From Chrysomallon squamiferum (lineage: Eukaryota > Animalia > Mollusca): a stretch of DNA of 64,000 nt. Position 1 is the stretch's first letter; every line of letters starts with the position of its first letter. The position numbers and the translations under genes were made by a program. The notes beneath the pieces are model-generated. The model ran no database searches. It was not told the DNA's origin and was given only the letters and a program-made list of their open reading frames with translations. This document shows, one piece after another, positions 13,836 through 28,837 of the stretch. Where the stretch lies: assembly GCA_012295275.1 (NCBI GenBank), contig CM022673.1, positions 5,208,001 to 5,272,000 on the forward strand, in the 5' to 3' direction.

Positions 13836-15079
13836 TACAGAAAAAAAAATTCTATTTTTTTTTTTTTTGTTGTAAAAAAAACCACAGAGAAATAGTTCAT
13901 AGCAAAAGATAATGATTTGATGATGGATTGACAAGAAGAAAAGTTTCACTGTAAATGTGTTAGTTAAAATTACTCCAGTTTTGTCCATATCCTGAAACCA
14001 TGTCCTCACATTTTCAGAATTTTTTTTAGACCAAGACAAATTGCTATCAGATAGAAGAAAAGACAGGCGAAAATATGGAATGACAGTCAATAGTAAAAAG
14101 ACACATAATTTTAGAAACTTTCTGATTGCATCAGATTCTTACAGTCCATTGAAAATGCAATATCCCCCCCCACACCAACAAAAAAGAAAACCAGCAACAA
14201 AATTAATAAATTAAAATAAAATTAATTAAAAAATAAAAGAAAATAAATAAATTCAAAAAAGAAAAAAAACAAAAATATATATTTTTTTAATTTAACAAAA
14301 ATAAATTCAAAGTTGCTCATACTGAAGAATATAAAAGAATGACACTTTTTGCATTCCTCATACAGAAAACTGTTACCAAATTGAATTAAGGGGTCTCCTT
14401 GGCAACCAAAATGCTGGAATTTGAAGCTGTCGTGAAGTAAATTTTATATATTAAATCAGACTGAGCCAGATAATCCAGAGGGAGAGAAATTGAGTCCGAA
14501 AATTACTGAATTACCCTGCTTCATAGGTGAACGAATATTCTGACAAATAAAAACTAGATTATAGTTTAAAATTCGAGTAATCTCAGTCCTTTGATTGCAT
14601 TCTTTAAATGGTTCAGAAGATAGTCTATAGAACTTGTTGGTGGTTATTATTATTATTATGTTTTTTTTTTTTTATGTTTTACAAAATGTTATTTATTGTT
14701 TAATATCAGAATAAAAAAAAAATAAAAACAAACGTCTAAGATGTTGTCATATTTAGAATTTAAAATATTTTTATCTTGAGATATTTATTCGTTGTAGAAA
14801 TACTAATTTGGTGTTGTATCTTTTTTTTTTTATCTTGCAGTTATTTGTAAGATAATGATTTGACAGGAAATCTACTGTGATATTCTTCTTATCAAATCAA
14901 CAATACTGACATTTACACAGAAAGCAAAAATACATACCACAACTTTTGAAAAGCTTAATCTTTGGGTTTTTGGCAGGATTAGAAAAATACTCCAGAATTC
15001 TTGGAAGGATTCAAAGTGAATAAATCACGGCTACGGCAAGCACACACAATTTATTCATGAACATTTAAACTGAACTTAC

Positions 15080-15314
15080 CAGCCCATATTAAGTGCAAAG
15101 CCTGAGCCTTTCTTGCAATGACCTTCATCCACATGTGACCCTGACCTGCCACAATGTCAACGATGAGACCTTCTGGTCTGCCTGGTGAAGAGAACGGTTT
15201 GAGGATGTGGACAACTCCTGGGATGTTCTCGGAGGCATGAAGCACAGCTGCATAGTGGCCGAGGTTGCTGCTGCGAACATGACTTTCCTGTATCGCAACA
15301 CCACGCTTCTGCAA
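15080..15314 (-). CDS. C7orf25: UPF0415 / C7orf25-like protein, second coding exon (235 nt)
   Basis: Acceptor ttttttcttcacAG, then LQKRGVAIQESHVRSSNLGHYAAVLHASENIPGVVHILKPFSSPGRPEGLIVDIVAGQGHMWMKVIARKAQALHLIWA-G, then donor G|GTAAGT at 15079. Matches recalled C7orf25 motifs ([42 protein letters not shown]). Splice phase and protein sequence are contiguous with the 59580-59723 exon. Confidence 0.92.
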
Positions 15315-16430
15315 CTGTGAAGAAAAAAACAGACACATAACGTAACAAATAGAAAGAATATTTTGATACTGACAGTTAATGTCTAAGCATGTATTTTATA
15401 CATTTAAGCCTGAAAGAAATAATACATTTGAAGTTTTATTCTTATTATGTTGATTTTAATTTTTTTTTTATTTATTTATTTACAGCTTTCCAAAACTTTG
15501 ATATTACCTTTTGTTAACATAAAAACTATTGATTTGTTTTTTTTAACTTACAGCTATTTATGATTATTGTTTCTTGATAACCATTTCTAAGAAACAGCTC
15601 ACACATTTTATGCCGATATTCATGAATGATTGCTTTTACAATAATCATCTTGATATAATTCTTTTTAATAACATTATAAAAATACAGTTTGTTAGATTTA
15701 TTATCTGTGCATACCATTAACAATACATTAAAGAACGAATATCAAACTGGGTGCAAAAATGTTAATCAAATATTTCTAACAGTCTCAGTCTAGATCAGAT
15801 ACATAATGTAACCTGATACTGCATTATTTAATAATTAAAAAATTCAATAGTAAAATTGATATTATTGTTATCATTTTAAATTTTATTATTATTATTATTA
15901 TCATTTTGTTTTTTAATTGCACACAGTGTCTTGCAATGAGGCCAAATCTAATTATAGATAACTCTGGCCCAGTTCTGTATTTCATCTGTTTGGTATAAAA
16001 AGAAATGTCCCAATAACAGAATATGAAAAATGTATTGATCCTACTGATCATTTTGTATATATGCTTAACACAGAATGGAGACAAATATTTGTATATTATG
16101 TAGGTCAGAATTAATGTAGAAATATCTCTCTTATTATATAGAGTTTGTTTATTTATTGTGTTTACAGTTGCCACTAGAGTAAGTTGAAAAATTAATCACT
16201 GGCTAGTTCAAAACAAACATTTGGTTATTTGACATGAGATCTTTAGAGCACATTTGCTATATTTTTTGGTTAGTAACAAAACATCTTTTTCATGACATAT
16301 TATATCAAAATGTTTGATGTTACAAAGGCTGTGATTAGAATAGGAAAAAAGAAATACAAACCTGTCCCCAGTAAAGAGGAACAAAAAAAAATACATATGT
16401 AAAAAATTGTAATAATAACAGAACACGACA

Positions 16431-16528
16431 ACAGTAATGCTTTAATTTCCTATTTCAACTAATGCTCCATGTCTGGTTTATAAAATGTGAAGCCATGCAT
16501 TTTCCTGATTATGAGAAGGTACATTTAA
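16431..16528. repeat. Dispersed copy of 13620-13723
   Basis: Shares TTTCCTATT(T/C)CAACTAATGCTCC...GCCAT(G/A)CATTTTCCTGATTATGAGAAGGTA(C/T)ATTTAA in the same orientation. Confidence 0.85.
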
Positions 16529-18117
16529 CTGATACTTTACTGCTGATTAATAAAAGAAGCCTATGGAGTCCTAACAGTAATTTTCTTATGTAGTATTATA
16601 AATATGTAAAAACTGTATTTCTAATACCTTTTACATTATTGTAACTGAACTGAAATGCAAAGCAGTTGGACCAGTTCATCACCCAGAAAGATGTCAAGTT
16701 CTGGGAGGATTGAATCATGATGGTTTCTGCATGACAGTGAAAGGTAATGAAACAAAATAGCACACGTGAATAAATCTATACAGAAATATCAAAAGAATGT
16801 TCTTGAATTTCACTCAAAAATCTGTGCAAACTTTTGTTCCAACTCAAAAGTGTTAACTGATCATTGAAAAAAAATACTAGTTAATAAAATCCTTTCTAAA
16901 AACAATTCATCTTATCTTAGTCAAGTTCTCTATTACTAGACTACAATCTATAACCTACTTACTATATTGTAGGCTGTAGAGTTTTTTTTTAAGCTTTTGA
17001 TGATATTTGAAAGAAGCTTACTTATTAATTTTTAGTGATTATTTATACATTACAAAAATAATGTTTTAAAAATGAATGGAATAATCTGGCTTAGACACTA
17101 ATTAAATTTTTGAAGACATTTTTGCACCAAAAAAAACAAATCTAATTAACAAAATAAGACAAAAACAAAAGTGGATTTAGTTGTTAATTAAATTTAAATA
17201 TGAAAAGGGCAAAAGCTTTGAAGAAAATGGATTCAATTTTAATTAAAAGTCATTAGACTATGAGAATAATAAAAATAAAAAATAAAAGTTTTATGTCAAC
17301 AACCTATTAAGCTGAAAAATTATCTTTGTAATTACAAAAATCATTATTCTATTAAAATTATTAGTAATACTGCTGAAAAATGTGATTATTATGTAAATAA
17401 AAATTCATATTTACTCAAATAATATTGTTGTAAGTAAGTGTCTCATATGTAAACTTGTTTTGTTGTTTTATAATGCAAACAGAGTTGCAAATGTGTCAGC
17501 CAAATGTAAGTTTGACTTCAGAATCTTAGCAAAAATATTTCCATTTATTGGCTGAAAATTAAAGAATAACAATTTTAATGGGGAAAAAAAAAAAAAAAAA
17601 AAACATTCATTCTTTTTGTCTTAAATAAAATATATATATATATTGTTTAATATTATATCGATAGTATTAGTAATTATTTATTGCTCTGTTTAAATTATTT
17701 TTTAATTAATGATTTGCAATATTTTCCATAAATCAAGATGTCAGGACCAGATGGAAATTACAACACTTTGTTGTGATTTCAAGTTAGATGATTTGTTTAA
17801 TCCTTGAGGCTTGAAACTTAAATCCATTAGTGTACTGAGACATGGAGATAAAAAATCAAAACACCCTCTACAGCTTTACATTTAAAACAACATATGTTAC
17901 AGATTTGTAGTTTGAATGTATTGAAGTATGTATAATATCAATGACATGTTTCAAGGATTCCAACACAATATAAGAAATGTTATGTGATTTAACAATATCA
18001 AAGACATAACAAATGCATTCCATAAAATATTTGATACGGTGTCATTCTACTAACACACACACAAACACACAAACACACACTCACACACATACACACAAAA
18101 TATGCATATAAACAACT

Positions 18118-18151
<34 letters not shown>

Positions 18152-18823
18152 GAAACAAGTGAGAGAAAATGATGTGTCAATGACACAAAGACAGGTTAAA
18201 TACAAAAATCACTGATATTTGAAAGAAAACCAAGATAAAAAAAAATATATCCTGATATGGAATCCACAAATATTAAAAGATATTTTATATAACTTAAACT
18301 ATTTCCTTTCCTATGTTAAATTAAATTAAAAAGAAAAAAAGACAAAAATGCAATTCACTCAAAACATTTACTAATACAAATTTCATATTATTAATTTTCT
18401 CTCATTTGTATTATAATAATTTAATCAAGTTTGAAGCTCTTTGCCATTTTAAGATTTTATTTTAAACATATTTTTGGCCTACAGTAAATATTTAATTCAA
18501 CTTTTTTTCAACTATATCATTCACTATTACAACATTTAATGCATGTCTGAGTGTCTGTGTGTGTGGGGGTGTTTGTGTGTGTTTACAGCTAGGTAAAGTT
18601 GAAGTTCATGATAAAGAAAGGAAAATGGTAAAAACTACAATTCTATAAGAGACTGTATTTTTATTATCATACTTTCCTACTGGTAATAATATTATTGTTA
18701 TTAAAAAAAATAAAATAAAATAAAATAAAGTAAAAAAACAGACATCCAATCCCAAAAAGTAACCACAACATTGGGAAACTAGTCTTTGTAACTATTCTAA
18801 ATATCAGAATTTTGTCAGAACAT

Positions 18824-19090
18824 AGGATTAGCCCCAGTGGTTCAGTTATATCACACTGTCACACTTGAAACCTACAGGTAGTCTCAGTGATCAGAAATGG
18901 CTCAGTGATATCAACATCACAGTTAACAGGAGTTCAGGCCAGTCTGAGAGATTTGGAACTTACAGGTTCTGGGAACAAATCTCAGAAATGGCTTACTGAT
19001 CTGAAAATTTTCAGCTAACAATTCTGGCACAATTACGACAATTTAATTGACTGACAAAAATACATTGGTTATAAACCAGCAAAACTACCA
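18824..19090 (+). mobile_element. Probable decayed tRNA-derived SINE
   Basis: A-box-like head GGATTAGCCCCAGTGGTT, a GC-richer body with an internal duplication (GAAACCTACAGGT/GGAACTTACAGGT; TCAGAAATGGCT twice) and an A-rich tail. Confidence 0.4.
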
Positions 19091-19719
19091 ATATCTGCTA
19101 AAAAATAAAAATAATAATAATAACAAAAAGTAAAATAAAATAATAATTAAAACAAAATTGGTTATTTTCTCAGTGTTTTGAATTTCTTTACAAAACGTAA
19201 AGCTTTGGCTTCAGTACTGTATTCAGACAAAGAACTTGTAGGTTACATTTTCAGAACTAATTACTAGCTGAGAAAAAAGAGTAAAGGTTAGGAAAGGAGA
19301 TTAGCTTTGAAGCATGCACTAACACCTACATATAATTTCTGGCTGTGAACATAATTACAGAATGCATATTAAATTTTTGAAGAAAAAAAAAAAAAAACTC
19401 TGAAGAAAAATAAAAATGCTAAAAAAAATTAAAACAGTGATGTAAAAACAGCAGGAATAATAGATCTATCTGTGAATTTGTATTAATGTTTTAAAACCAC
19501 ATACAACACCTTAACTTTTGGTTCAGTAAAAGCAATTAAAACTGTAAAATATGCTGAGAGATAGGGTGAACAATGCTATTTTTAAAAAAAAGATAGACCT
19601 GGATGTGTAGTTCCTCTTGTTTTTCAGACAACTATGTTCTAGAACTGCTGATCAAATCATATCTGTCCTGAACATTAACCGAAGAACCCATTTTTGTCTA
19701 TGCAAGACTCTTAATTTTA

Positions 19720-20100
19720 TAGAGTATTAAATTAGGTAGCTGATATGGCATAGTATGAATAGTTAGAAAACTGATATGGTATAGCAGTATCAGCAAGATG
19801 TTATATTATATATTTGATTAGACATGACTTCATATAGCACAGTATTAGTTAGAACTGATATGGTACAGTAGAATTAGTTAGAGAGTGGTTATGGTATAGT
19901 AAGTCAATCTGATATAGCAGGGTTAGTTAATGTACTGATATGGCAAAGAGGGATTAGTAAGTATTGTTGCAGTGTGTTAACTTCTGTTAGCAAGTTAATA
20001 TGGTATAGCAGGATTAGTTATTGAGTTGATATAGTATAGCAGGGTAAGTTTGACAGTTGATGAGATATAGTGTGATTAGTCAGAAAGTTCGTACAATATA
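19720..20100. repeat. Degenerate ~31-33 bp minisatellite
   Basis: Recurrent CTGATATGGTATAGCAGGATTAGTTA-like unit. Confidence 0.7.
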
Positions 20101-23100
20101 GTAATCTACTTTTTCTCTATTAATTCTACATATAAACCACTATTGTGTTTGGAACCCAGACCCATACAGTGTAATGCCTAAAGACTTTCATATTGTTCCA
20201 CCGAGGTTTTTCTCTAGTAGTAGAATTTCTTCCAGAAATCAGCAATTGATTAAAAGAAAGTCCCTGGTGTGTTGTTATACAAACATTCTTTTTCTTTTGA
20301 TAACAGCAGGTAATAAATCAATACTACTGATGAAAGCATGTTTTGGAATCTGATTTTTCCTGGACCTATTCATCAAGGTCTGATAAAGATATCTAAAAGG
20401 GGAAGCTATGATATGTTAGCACTAAGTCAGCTGAGACCAAACAAATGAATGCTTTCTATTTTGTTATGTGCTGGTCATTGTGTTTGTACTAGCTCATGGC
20501 ATGGACCAAAGTGAACCACTGTTTCATTGAAAAGGAGAGTGAACTGAAACAATGGTAAAAACTGCCAATGTCAATAATTATAAAAAAATAAATAAAAATA
20601 AATAAAAGTTCCATGAATTTTTAATATGTTCTGATTAATGGCAACAAAAACATAAAACAAACCCAACTACCCAAACAACAACAAAAAAAAAAAAAAAAAA
20701 AAAAATATAATAATAATAATTTGAAAAATAAAAATAAAAAATTACAAAAGAAATTATATATAAAATAATGGAAAATGGAAAATAATATCTTCATACATTT
20801 TTAATCAGTAGTTGTTTAGGAACTGAAAAACAAGGTTATTTTATTTCCTTTAAAAGGAAACAATAATAAAATAAAAGAATTACCCAAATATATTTTTCAT
20901 ACATTTTTAAAAAGTATTGATTATGGCAACAATAGATTTACTTTCAGTGTAAAAAGAAAATATTTCATAAAAGATGAAAGAAAATTGATCAAGCTTTCTT
21001 AAAATGAAAATAATTACTTACATAACATTTTCATAAGAAGAAGTGTTCTTTTAAAAATGAAGACAAATTGATAATTTAATGAAACTGAAATGGTTAAAGT
21101 TATGAAAAACAAAACAAAAAAACAACAACAATAAAACATAAAAATAAAAAGATGAAAAAAGAAAAATAACAGGAATGAATATGAAAAAAAAGAAATAAAA
21201 AATAATTAACATAATAAAATATTTTTTTAATTTTGATCTAAAAACATGTTTTTATGTTTAATATATTTTGTGAAAATAATAAATTGTAAAATGTTCATCT
21301 GAAAGAATTAATCTTAACAAAAATAAAGATTAATTACAGGAACAATGACAATGTTCTTTATTTTCATATATATATATAAAATCCGTGATATAATCCAGCT
21401 TTTGATGCAATCTGGATGTAATGCCTTCAAAATGCCTTAAAATGATGGCAAACTTTGTAAAACTAACTCACAAAAGAATACATCCACTGCTAAACCTCAA
21501 ACAGTTCTAGTCACATTTTTTAGAGAATAATGAATAGTTAATAAAATTATATTATTTATCTTAATTTGTAAAGACTATTAAATAAATTTAATAAAATTAT
21601 GTTAATTACCTCAAATTTGGTTTGTCTTCTGCATGGGAGATGAAAGTTGATGTAAATATTTTATTGTATTTAAATATTTAAATACAATTTTTATTTTTTT
21701 ATTGTATTGTTAAAATAAAAAGGGGAAGATTCTTTTATCTTTAATTTTTATGCATATTATTTATTTTGATAATATTAAGGAAAAATGTATTTGATAAAGA
21801 TGACATTACTCAATAACGTAATGACATTTGCTGATCTGGGGTATTTTTGAATATATATTTTTCATAAAGTTTTATGAAGTTATTATTATTATTTTATTTT
21901 CTTTGGTGGATTTTTTTTGTTTGTTTTTGTTTTGTTTGGGTTTTTAAATAATCACCAAAGCAGCTAAAACTTTCAACAGCTCTTAAAGTAAGAAAATGGA
22001 AAACAGATGTGTTTTTGAAATATTGAGACTGACAATAAAAGGAAACATTCTGAATAATTAATGAACTTATTCAGTTAACTGTCTTAAACAAAGACGAACA
22101 GTTTTACTCACTGGCACAGACACCCGACAATTATTTTACTGGGAAGTTGGCCACACAGATGTATCTTTGGTTCTAGTAAGTGGTAATTTTACTGGAACTG
22201 AAAAACAATCAGCCGAACAAACAAAAAAAACCCAACCCTTTCACAAGATAAACCCTAACCCAACCCATTCCTAGAACAAAACTGCAAGAAGGGCACATAA
22301 TACACACAGATACAAACACACACACACACACACACATATAAAAATAAAAATAAAGGATGGAAAAATGTTGTGGTAGGGGCTTGAAACATCAGAGTTTTCT
22401 ATAAAATGTTTTCTTTTTCAATCATTAATGCAAAAATAACATTAAAATACAGAGAATACAAAATAATAAAGACTAATAATATGTTTCTTTTTTTTGGATC
22501 AGGTGACATAGAAGAAAATGCTAGAAATCCATTAGTTCATAATCCATGATGTGGTTATAATAATAAAATGAAAATCACTGGAAATGTCTCTTTTATAAGA
22601 ACCATCTGTAAATATCACATATGTGCCCACATCATTTCCTTCAGACCACAAAAACATGAAAACCCACTAGACTTAAAACCACAAGGCCTGTCCATCATCA
22701 GTAATGACCAGCTCTAGACCTGGACACAAACAGGTAATGAAACAACTCTAATGTACATTAAGAATTTACAAAGAAAAGGAAATTGACCATATCTGAATGA
22801 AGAAAGAATCGATACGCACATGAGGAGATGTTTATATCTACTTGAACACAATAAAACTCCATTTTTAAAAGTGCCTTATGTGTTAGATATACAAAATTAA
22901 GACAACCAACAACAACCACTAATGGACAATTACATCTCAAAACATACCAATTTTGAAAAAAGCACCAGCAACAACGACAAACTAGATTGGAATTTTATAT
23001 AACACTACGAGAGAAAATGAGACCAAAGTCTTTCTTTTGTTCTTTAGTTCTCTTTGGCAAAGACAGAGTGTCTGTGGTTCTCTGCTTTTCTTATTTTCTT

Positions 23101-23982
23101 GTCCACCATGGCACCAGTGTACTTCATGAAAGCATGGTCTGACCACTAAGCCGTATCATGCTTCTGTCTCTTAATAAAATTATTTCCGAAATGAGAAACG
23201 ACATTCAAATCCATTAACAAAACAACACTAATTCAGAGAAATATTTCACAACAGGAAAGAGTATCTCTGCCAACCTGTTATCTGATTAAGAGAGATTTCT
23301 ACAACGATGGCAGAACTAATCCTCAGGATTTTCACAACAACCATAGTTAGCTTATTATTACAGAAAGTATCTGCAGCAAAAATAAATATGTGAGAAAAGA
23401 GAAAAACAAGGTAATAAAAAATTAAGACATTTTTCATGCATCTTGAAAAATGATATGTCTGTTTGAAAAAATAACAGAAAAAATGCTTTTAAAAGTTTGT
23501 TTTTTAAAATGTGACGGAACATATCTGCATGCTTGTTATTCATTTATTCATTATTATTATTATTATTAAATTTTTACTTCTTTGCATTACTTCATTTTTA
23601 ATCCTTATTTATTATTTAAATTTTGTTATTATTATTAAATTTATTTTTCTGTTTTCTTTTTAGTTGTTATTCATTTATATATACATATTCCATCATTTTC
23701 ACATGTTTAGTTGTTTTTACATTTCATTAATCTTTATTTCTCGGTCTTTTCTTTTCTGTTTTTCTATCAGTTGCTGGATATGGCTGCTATTTCATCTGAG
23801 GTTTTCTTCAGATTTATCTTTATCCTGAGCTGTCAATTATTTACAAAATATTTTTTAAAACAAATGTCCTCTCTTTCAAACAGTATCCATGTCAGATAAT
23901 TTTCAGATGAAAGAGTTTTGCTGAATTTGCTGTTTTACATTTTCCTTCAGGCTTACTTTTATTGGATTATTTCAAACATTTG

Positions 23983-24031
<49 letters not shown>

Positions 24032-24833
24032 TGATGTATCACAGCAAAAGGAAGCAAGTAAATTCTTCAAGTTTTCAAAAAACATAAGCAACAACAGAAG
24101 CCATGTTAACTGCTTATCTATGATGATCTGTAACTTGTTTGTTTTTGCCATTCAGGTTATTCCAATTTGAACTAAAGATCTAGTATGTCTTTTTACAGGA
24201 CATGTAACAAACTTCCACAAGACTTCCATAAAAATTATCTCTCCCAAATACACGTATACAATGTCTAATAAAAGCCAAAGAAAGAAAGTAAAAAGAATGA
24301 TGAAAAGAAAATTCTCTTCTGATCATTATTACATGAATTAACGAAACTTCAACTGTCCTTTTTTTTTTTTTTTTTTTTTGGCTTTGTTTTTTGTAAGAAC
24401 TGAATATCTGACATGTATTGATTTTCAGTTCCTTTCATCATGGTGAAGCTTTCGGTGGAGATTTTTCATTTCCATTTGACAAGGATCTTCATATGTTTGT
24501 TTGGCTAAGGTTTGTTAGACATCCTCTGACTTGTGAGGTTTCTCAATTAAACTGTCGATTAGTTTCTCACTTCCCCAATTCTCCATTACAAGATGACTCT
24601 AATGGAAGGCTGCATCAATGCAGAAAAAAACCCTAATGATCCATGAAAAAAAAAATGCACATGTGCCAAAATCCAGTCTTTGAGAATGAGAATTAGATAC
24701 CTGACATAACATGTGCCCTTGACAAAATTAAGTCTTTTGGAAGATTTTTCTTGTTAAATGTCTTTTCCTTATCATGTTTTTATTTTATTTTATTTTTTTT
24801 ATTTAATTAAATGATGATGACAGTGATAATACC

Positions 24834-24867
<34 letters not shown>

Positions 24868-25238
24868 TCTATGATAAAGAAATATCATAACAAAAACAAT
24901 AAGAAAAAAAAGGAATACAAATCCAGAAATATATTATTAGTAACAGGAATAATTTCTAAAAGATCTAATAATCTGCTGACAATTTTTTAATTTTTTTTTT
25001 TTTTTATAAATCAATGAATAATTCTTCTGTTTAATGATAACTAGTATTTTTTTTTATGATGATAACATGTGGCAAGAAAATGAATGCAGAGCAGCCACAA
25101 TATGGACTACTCTTATAAAAAAAATGTTTTATATTAATTTTCCACAGACAGAAAAGCACAAACGTCTTTTATTGCAGTGGAATAGGAAACAGCAAAGCAA
25201 TGGAGAACCAACCAAGCACCCATTGTTCTTCAGGCAAA

Positions 25239-25319
<81 letters not shown>

Positions 25320-26942
25320 GTACATGTAAGTATAATAATAATAATAATGAAATAAAAATAAAGGGTGAGATATAAAGTAACAACTGAAGACAAAAATTTA
25401 AAAAATGTGCAGCCTTGGTGTTTGACTCATATTATTTTCTGAAATAATAGTGACTGTGGTGTTGATGATGGCTTTGGTTCAACAGATAAACTGTTCTTAA
25501 TAAAAAAAAACTAAATCTGTATAAATGATAGCAATCTGGTATTCATGTATTTTTTTTTATCCCTATTGGTACCTCTAAAACTAATCCAAATGTTTTAAAT
25601 GATAAATATGTTTCTGAAATGGCAGCCAAATAGTTTTGCTAAAAGCAAGGAATTAAAAACATTTTTTTTTTTTTTTTTTTTTGACTGACACTATTCTTCT
25701 AATTTCTCTTAGCCACGCTTGGACATGTAGCATTCAGATTCAGAAAAGATGCTGTCAGTATAATACTAAAATAGTTCCAGGACTTGTAATCTAGTGGGAC
25801 ATCTCATTCTTACTGTTATTTGTTGGCCTGGAGATAAATATCCCTATTTCAGTACAGGTTTTCATTAAGCTTGTTATTAACAAAACCAATTCTGATTTGT
25901 ACACATAAAATAGTAATATAAAAAATCTAACATGTCTAGAACTTGCTAATACAGTTCACAGTGAATGACCACTATTAACCTTTTTAATGAAGTGATGTGC
26001 TAAGATTAAGCACACGTTAATCCTAAGGCTCATGTTTCTGTCAGGAAATCAAAGATTTTACAATCCATATCAGAGAATTTATACATCTCACACAGAATGA
26101 TTTTAATGTCTGCATGACAAACATCAGCCAAAGTTCACTATCATCTGATGCAGGATTCATCAATTTAATAATAATAAACCTTTAAACTTTTTTCCAATTT
26201 CAGCTAAAGCTAAAAAAAAATATAATTAGTCTTATATCAGGATATGAACAAGATAAAAATAGCAGTCTGTCTCTATATATTTTCATTATGTTCATTGATA
26301 TAGATTTTTCTGTCTTAAAAAAAAAATATCAGGAAAAGATTTCTTATTACCAAACACAAAGTGGTTCTCATCCTGGGAAGTGTCATACGTTATAATGGCT
26401 GTATGATGGATGTAAATGCTGTATATTTATGCATAATTCATTGTCCTTGCATCAATATAAAATTTAACATAGGGAATGCCTAGAAGGGCAAGAAAAAGAA
26501 GAAAAAAAAAATGTTCAAAAAATGTTCTGTATGTCTAGAAATTATACCTAAACAAAAAAAGAAAAAGAAAAAAAAAGAAGATATAAAATGGCATCAGAAT
26601 GATCACAGGTTAAATACAAATTGAACTCTAATAAAGTATTATCCTTTATCTAAATTCATGGCTTAACATTTGTACAGAGTTCACTGAACTAAACTAATAG
26701 AAGAATGGCCAAATTCAAATGAAGTCTGTTTTGGTCTTATTCAGTACCTATACTGCTTAAACATTTGCATCTAAGAAAAACAGGCTTTATGACACTGATC
26801 AGTCTTGAATGCTTAATTTCTTCAAGGCCAAGGAGTTTTGGCATGCAACAGTACATAACATCAAACTGTTTCTTTTATTTTCAAATTCTCTAAGGCATAA
26901 AAGGCTAAAAATGAGGGTTCTTTTCATCATCTTGGCCTGTAA

Positions 26943-26973
<31 letters not shown>

Positions 26974-28744
26974 GTTTAATTCTGATCATTAGACATATTG
27001 TTTGTTGAGCTAATTATTCTACCTGTCAATATATTGGTTGTAACTTTAACTGACTACTAACGAGGTATGAAGTTTTAACTGACTGCTAATTGTATGCAAT
27101 GTTATAATGGTGTGTTAAGTTGATAATGAATGGAATTATGAATGTATAATTCACTTCAATGAAAACCTGATCCATAGTTAGTATGCAGAACTAGAATTCG
27201 GAAAACAACATGTCCTTCGGGATAGGAATATAACTCCTGAAATCAAAATATACAAAAATATACAAGGAATATTAAGTGAGAAGTTACAAGTTTTCTGTTC
27301 AAATTAAAGCAACCAAAGACCAGCTACAAAAAAATAATCAGTATCTTTATTAATTGTATTTGTTTAATGTTTACAGGAAGGACAATAAAAATACTAAATA
27401 AAAGTAAATCATAGTTTAATCTATAAATATTTTATCTTTCTTATTTTTCTTCCTTTTTAAAAAAAAAAAGGAAAACTGAAAGAAGGAAAAAAGTATTTAA
27501 CTGGTATGAAAGTAATAAATTCTGAAATAAATCTATTTTAATACAAATCTCATTAAAACTAGACATTTTGCTTGAAAATAAAATCTGTAGCCAAAAATTA
27601 TTTTCATAAATATTATTTTACAGCCAGATGTAACCTGAAATGTCAATTAAACAGTTTCAACTCAGTAAAAATATTATTACAAATATCTGTATTACAGTCA
27701 GCTGAATATTCTATCTTTTCTGTACATATACGTGTGTGTGTGTGTGGGTGTGGGTGTTTAGACTAACAATTGAATAACCTTTTAAACAGAGCAATTACAA
27801 AATATTTTAAATCATAATTTAATGTTTCTGGTTGTGAAAAACAATTTACCTAAGAATTTGTAAGCATTATAAAATGACTGAAATAACTTTATGAAGAACG
27901 TTGACCAAAGTTCACTGAACTATACTAATTAAGTTAAAAATAAATTACAGAGAAGGCACAAATATAATAACATCTGTGTAAAAATTTAATTCCTTTGACA
28001 AAAGAATATCTTGATGCACGCTGATGAAATTTAAACAAACTGTGGTGATGTCTTGCTAATTAAATAAACTTCAAAACTGGATTTTCTCATGTCAACAGGT
28101 GATATTTTTAATTACAATTCTTCAACAGTTACAGAAATATCACTGTAATAGTTTTGATGACTGGTTTGAAGCAGACACATTATTTTTGTTTAGTTCAGTG
28201 ACCTAAAACTATGTAAGAACATTCAGGAGGTGAATAACATTTTATTTGTAAGACATTTCTCTGAAGTGGAAAAGTAGTACAGTTATATTCAGAACAGTTT
28301 CTTTATCAAGTAAGTATATATAACTGTTCTAACCAATTTTGGAAACTGACTTTTTGATGTATAAATTTAGCTTTTTCTTTGTACTGTTATTTTTTCATTT
28401 TGGGAAGCATATAAGCATAAAATTTGTTTGGCAATAACCAATTTTGTTCATGTATTCAGGGATATAGGTAAATGCTAAGACTTTATCATTAAAACCATAT
28501 TTTATTCTGTTTTACTAAGTCTCCATGACCTGAGAACTGAATAGAATATTCAAGTGAAATGGCATAAATATGTTATGACAATTGAAACAAATTTAATATA
28601 CAACAGAGATCGCTACTGTTGAATTATAAAAAAAATATGAAGGACTGGATGTACTGTGTACGTAAAACTAAGAAAATAATTTTAACTGGCTCTCCATTAA
28701 AATAAAAATTATATTTCAATATTTGTAATGTTCATCCATAAATA

Positions 28745-28778
28745 AATATATATATATGTATAATAATAATAATAATAA

Positions 28779-28809
<31 letters not shown>

Positions 28810-28837
28810 AAGAAGAAGAAGAAGAAGAAGAAGAAGA
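28745..28837. repeat. Compound microsatellite (AT)n-(AAT)n-(AAG)n
   Basis: Directly visible adjoining tracts. Confidence 0.95.
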
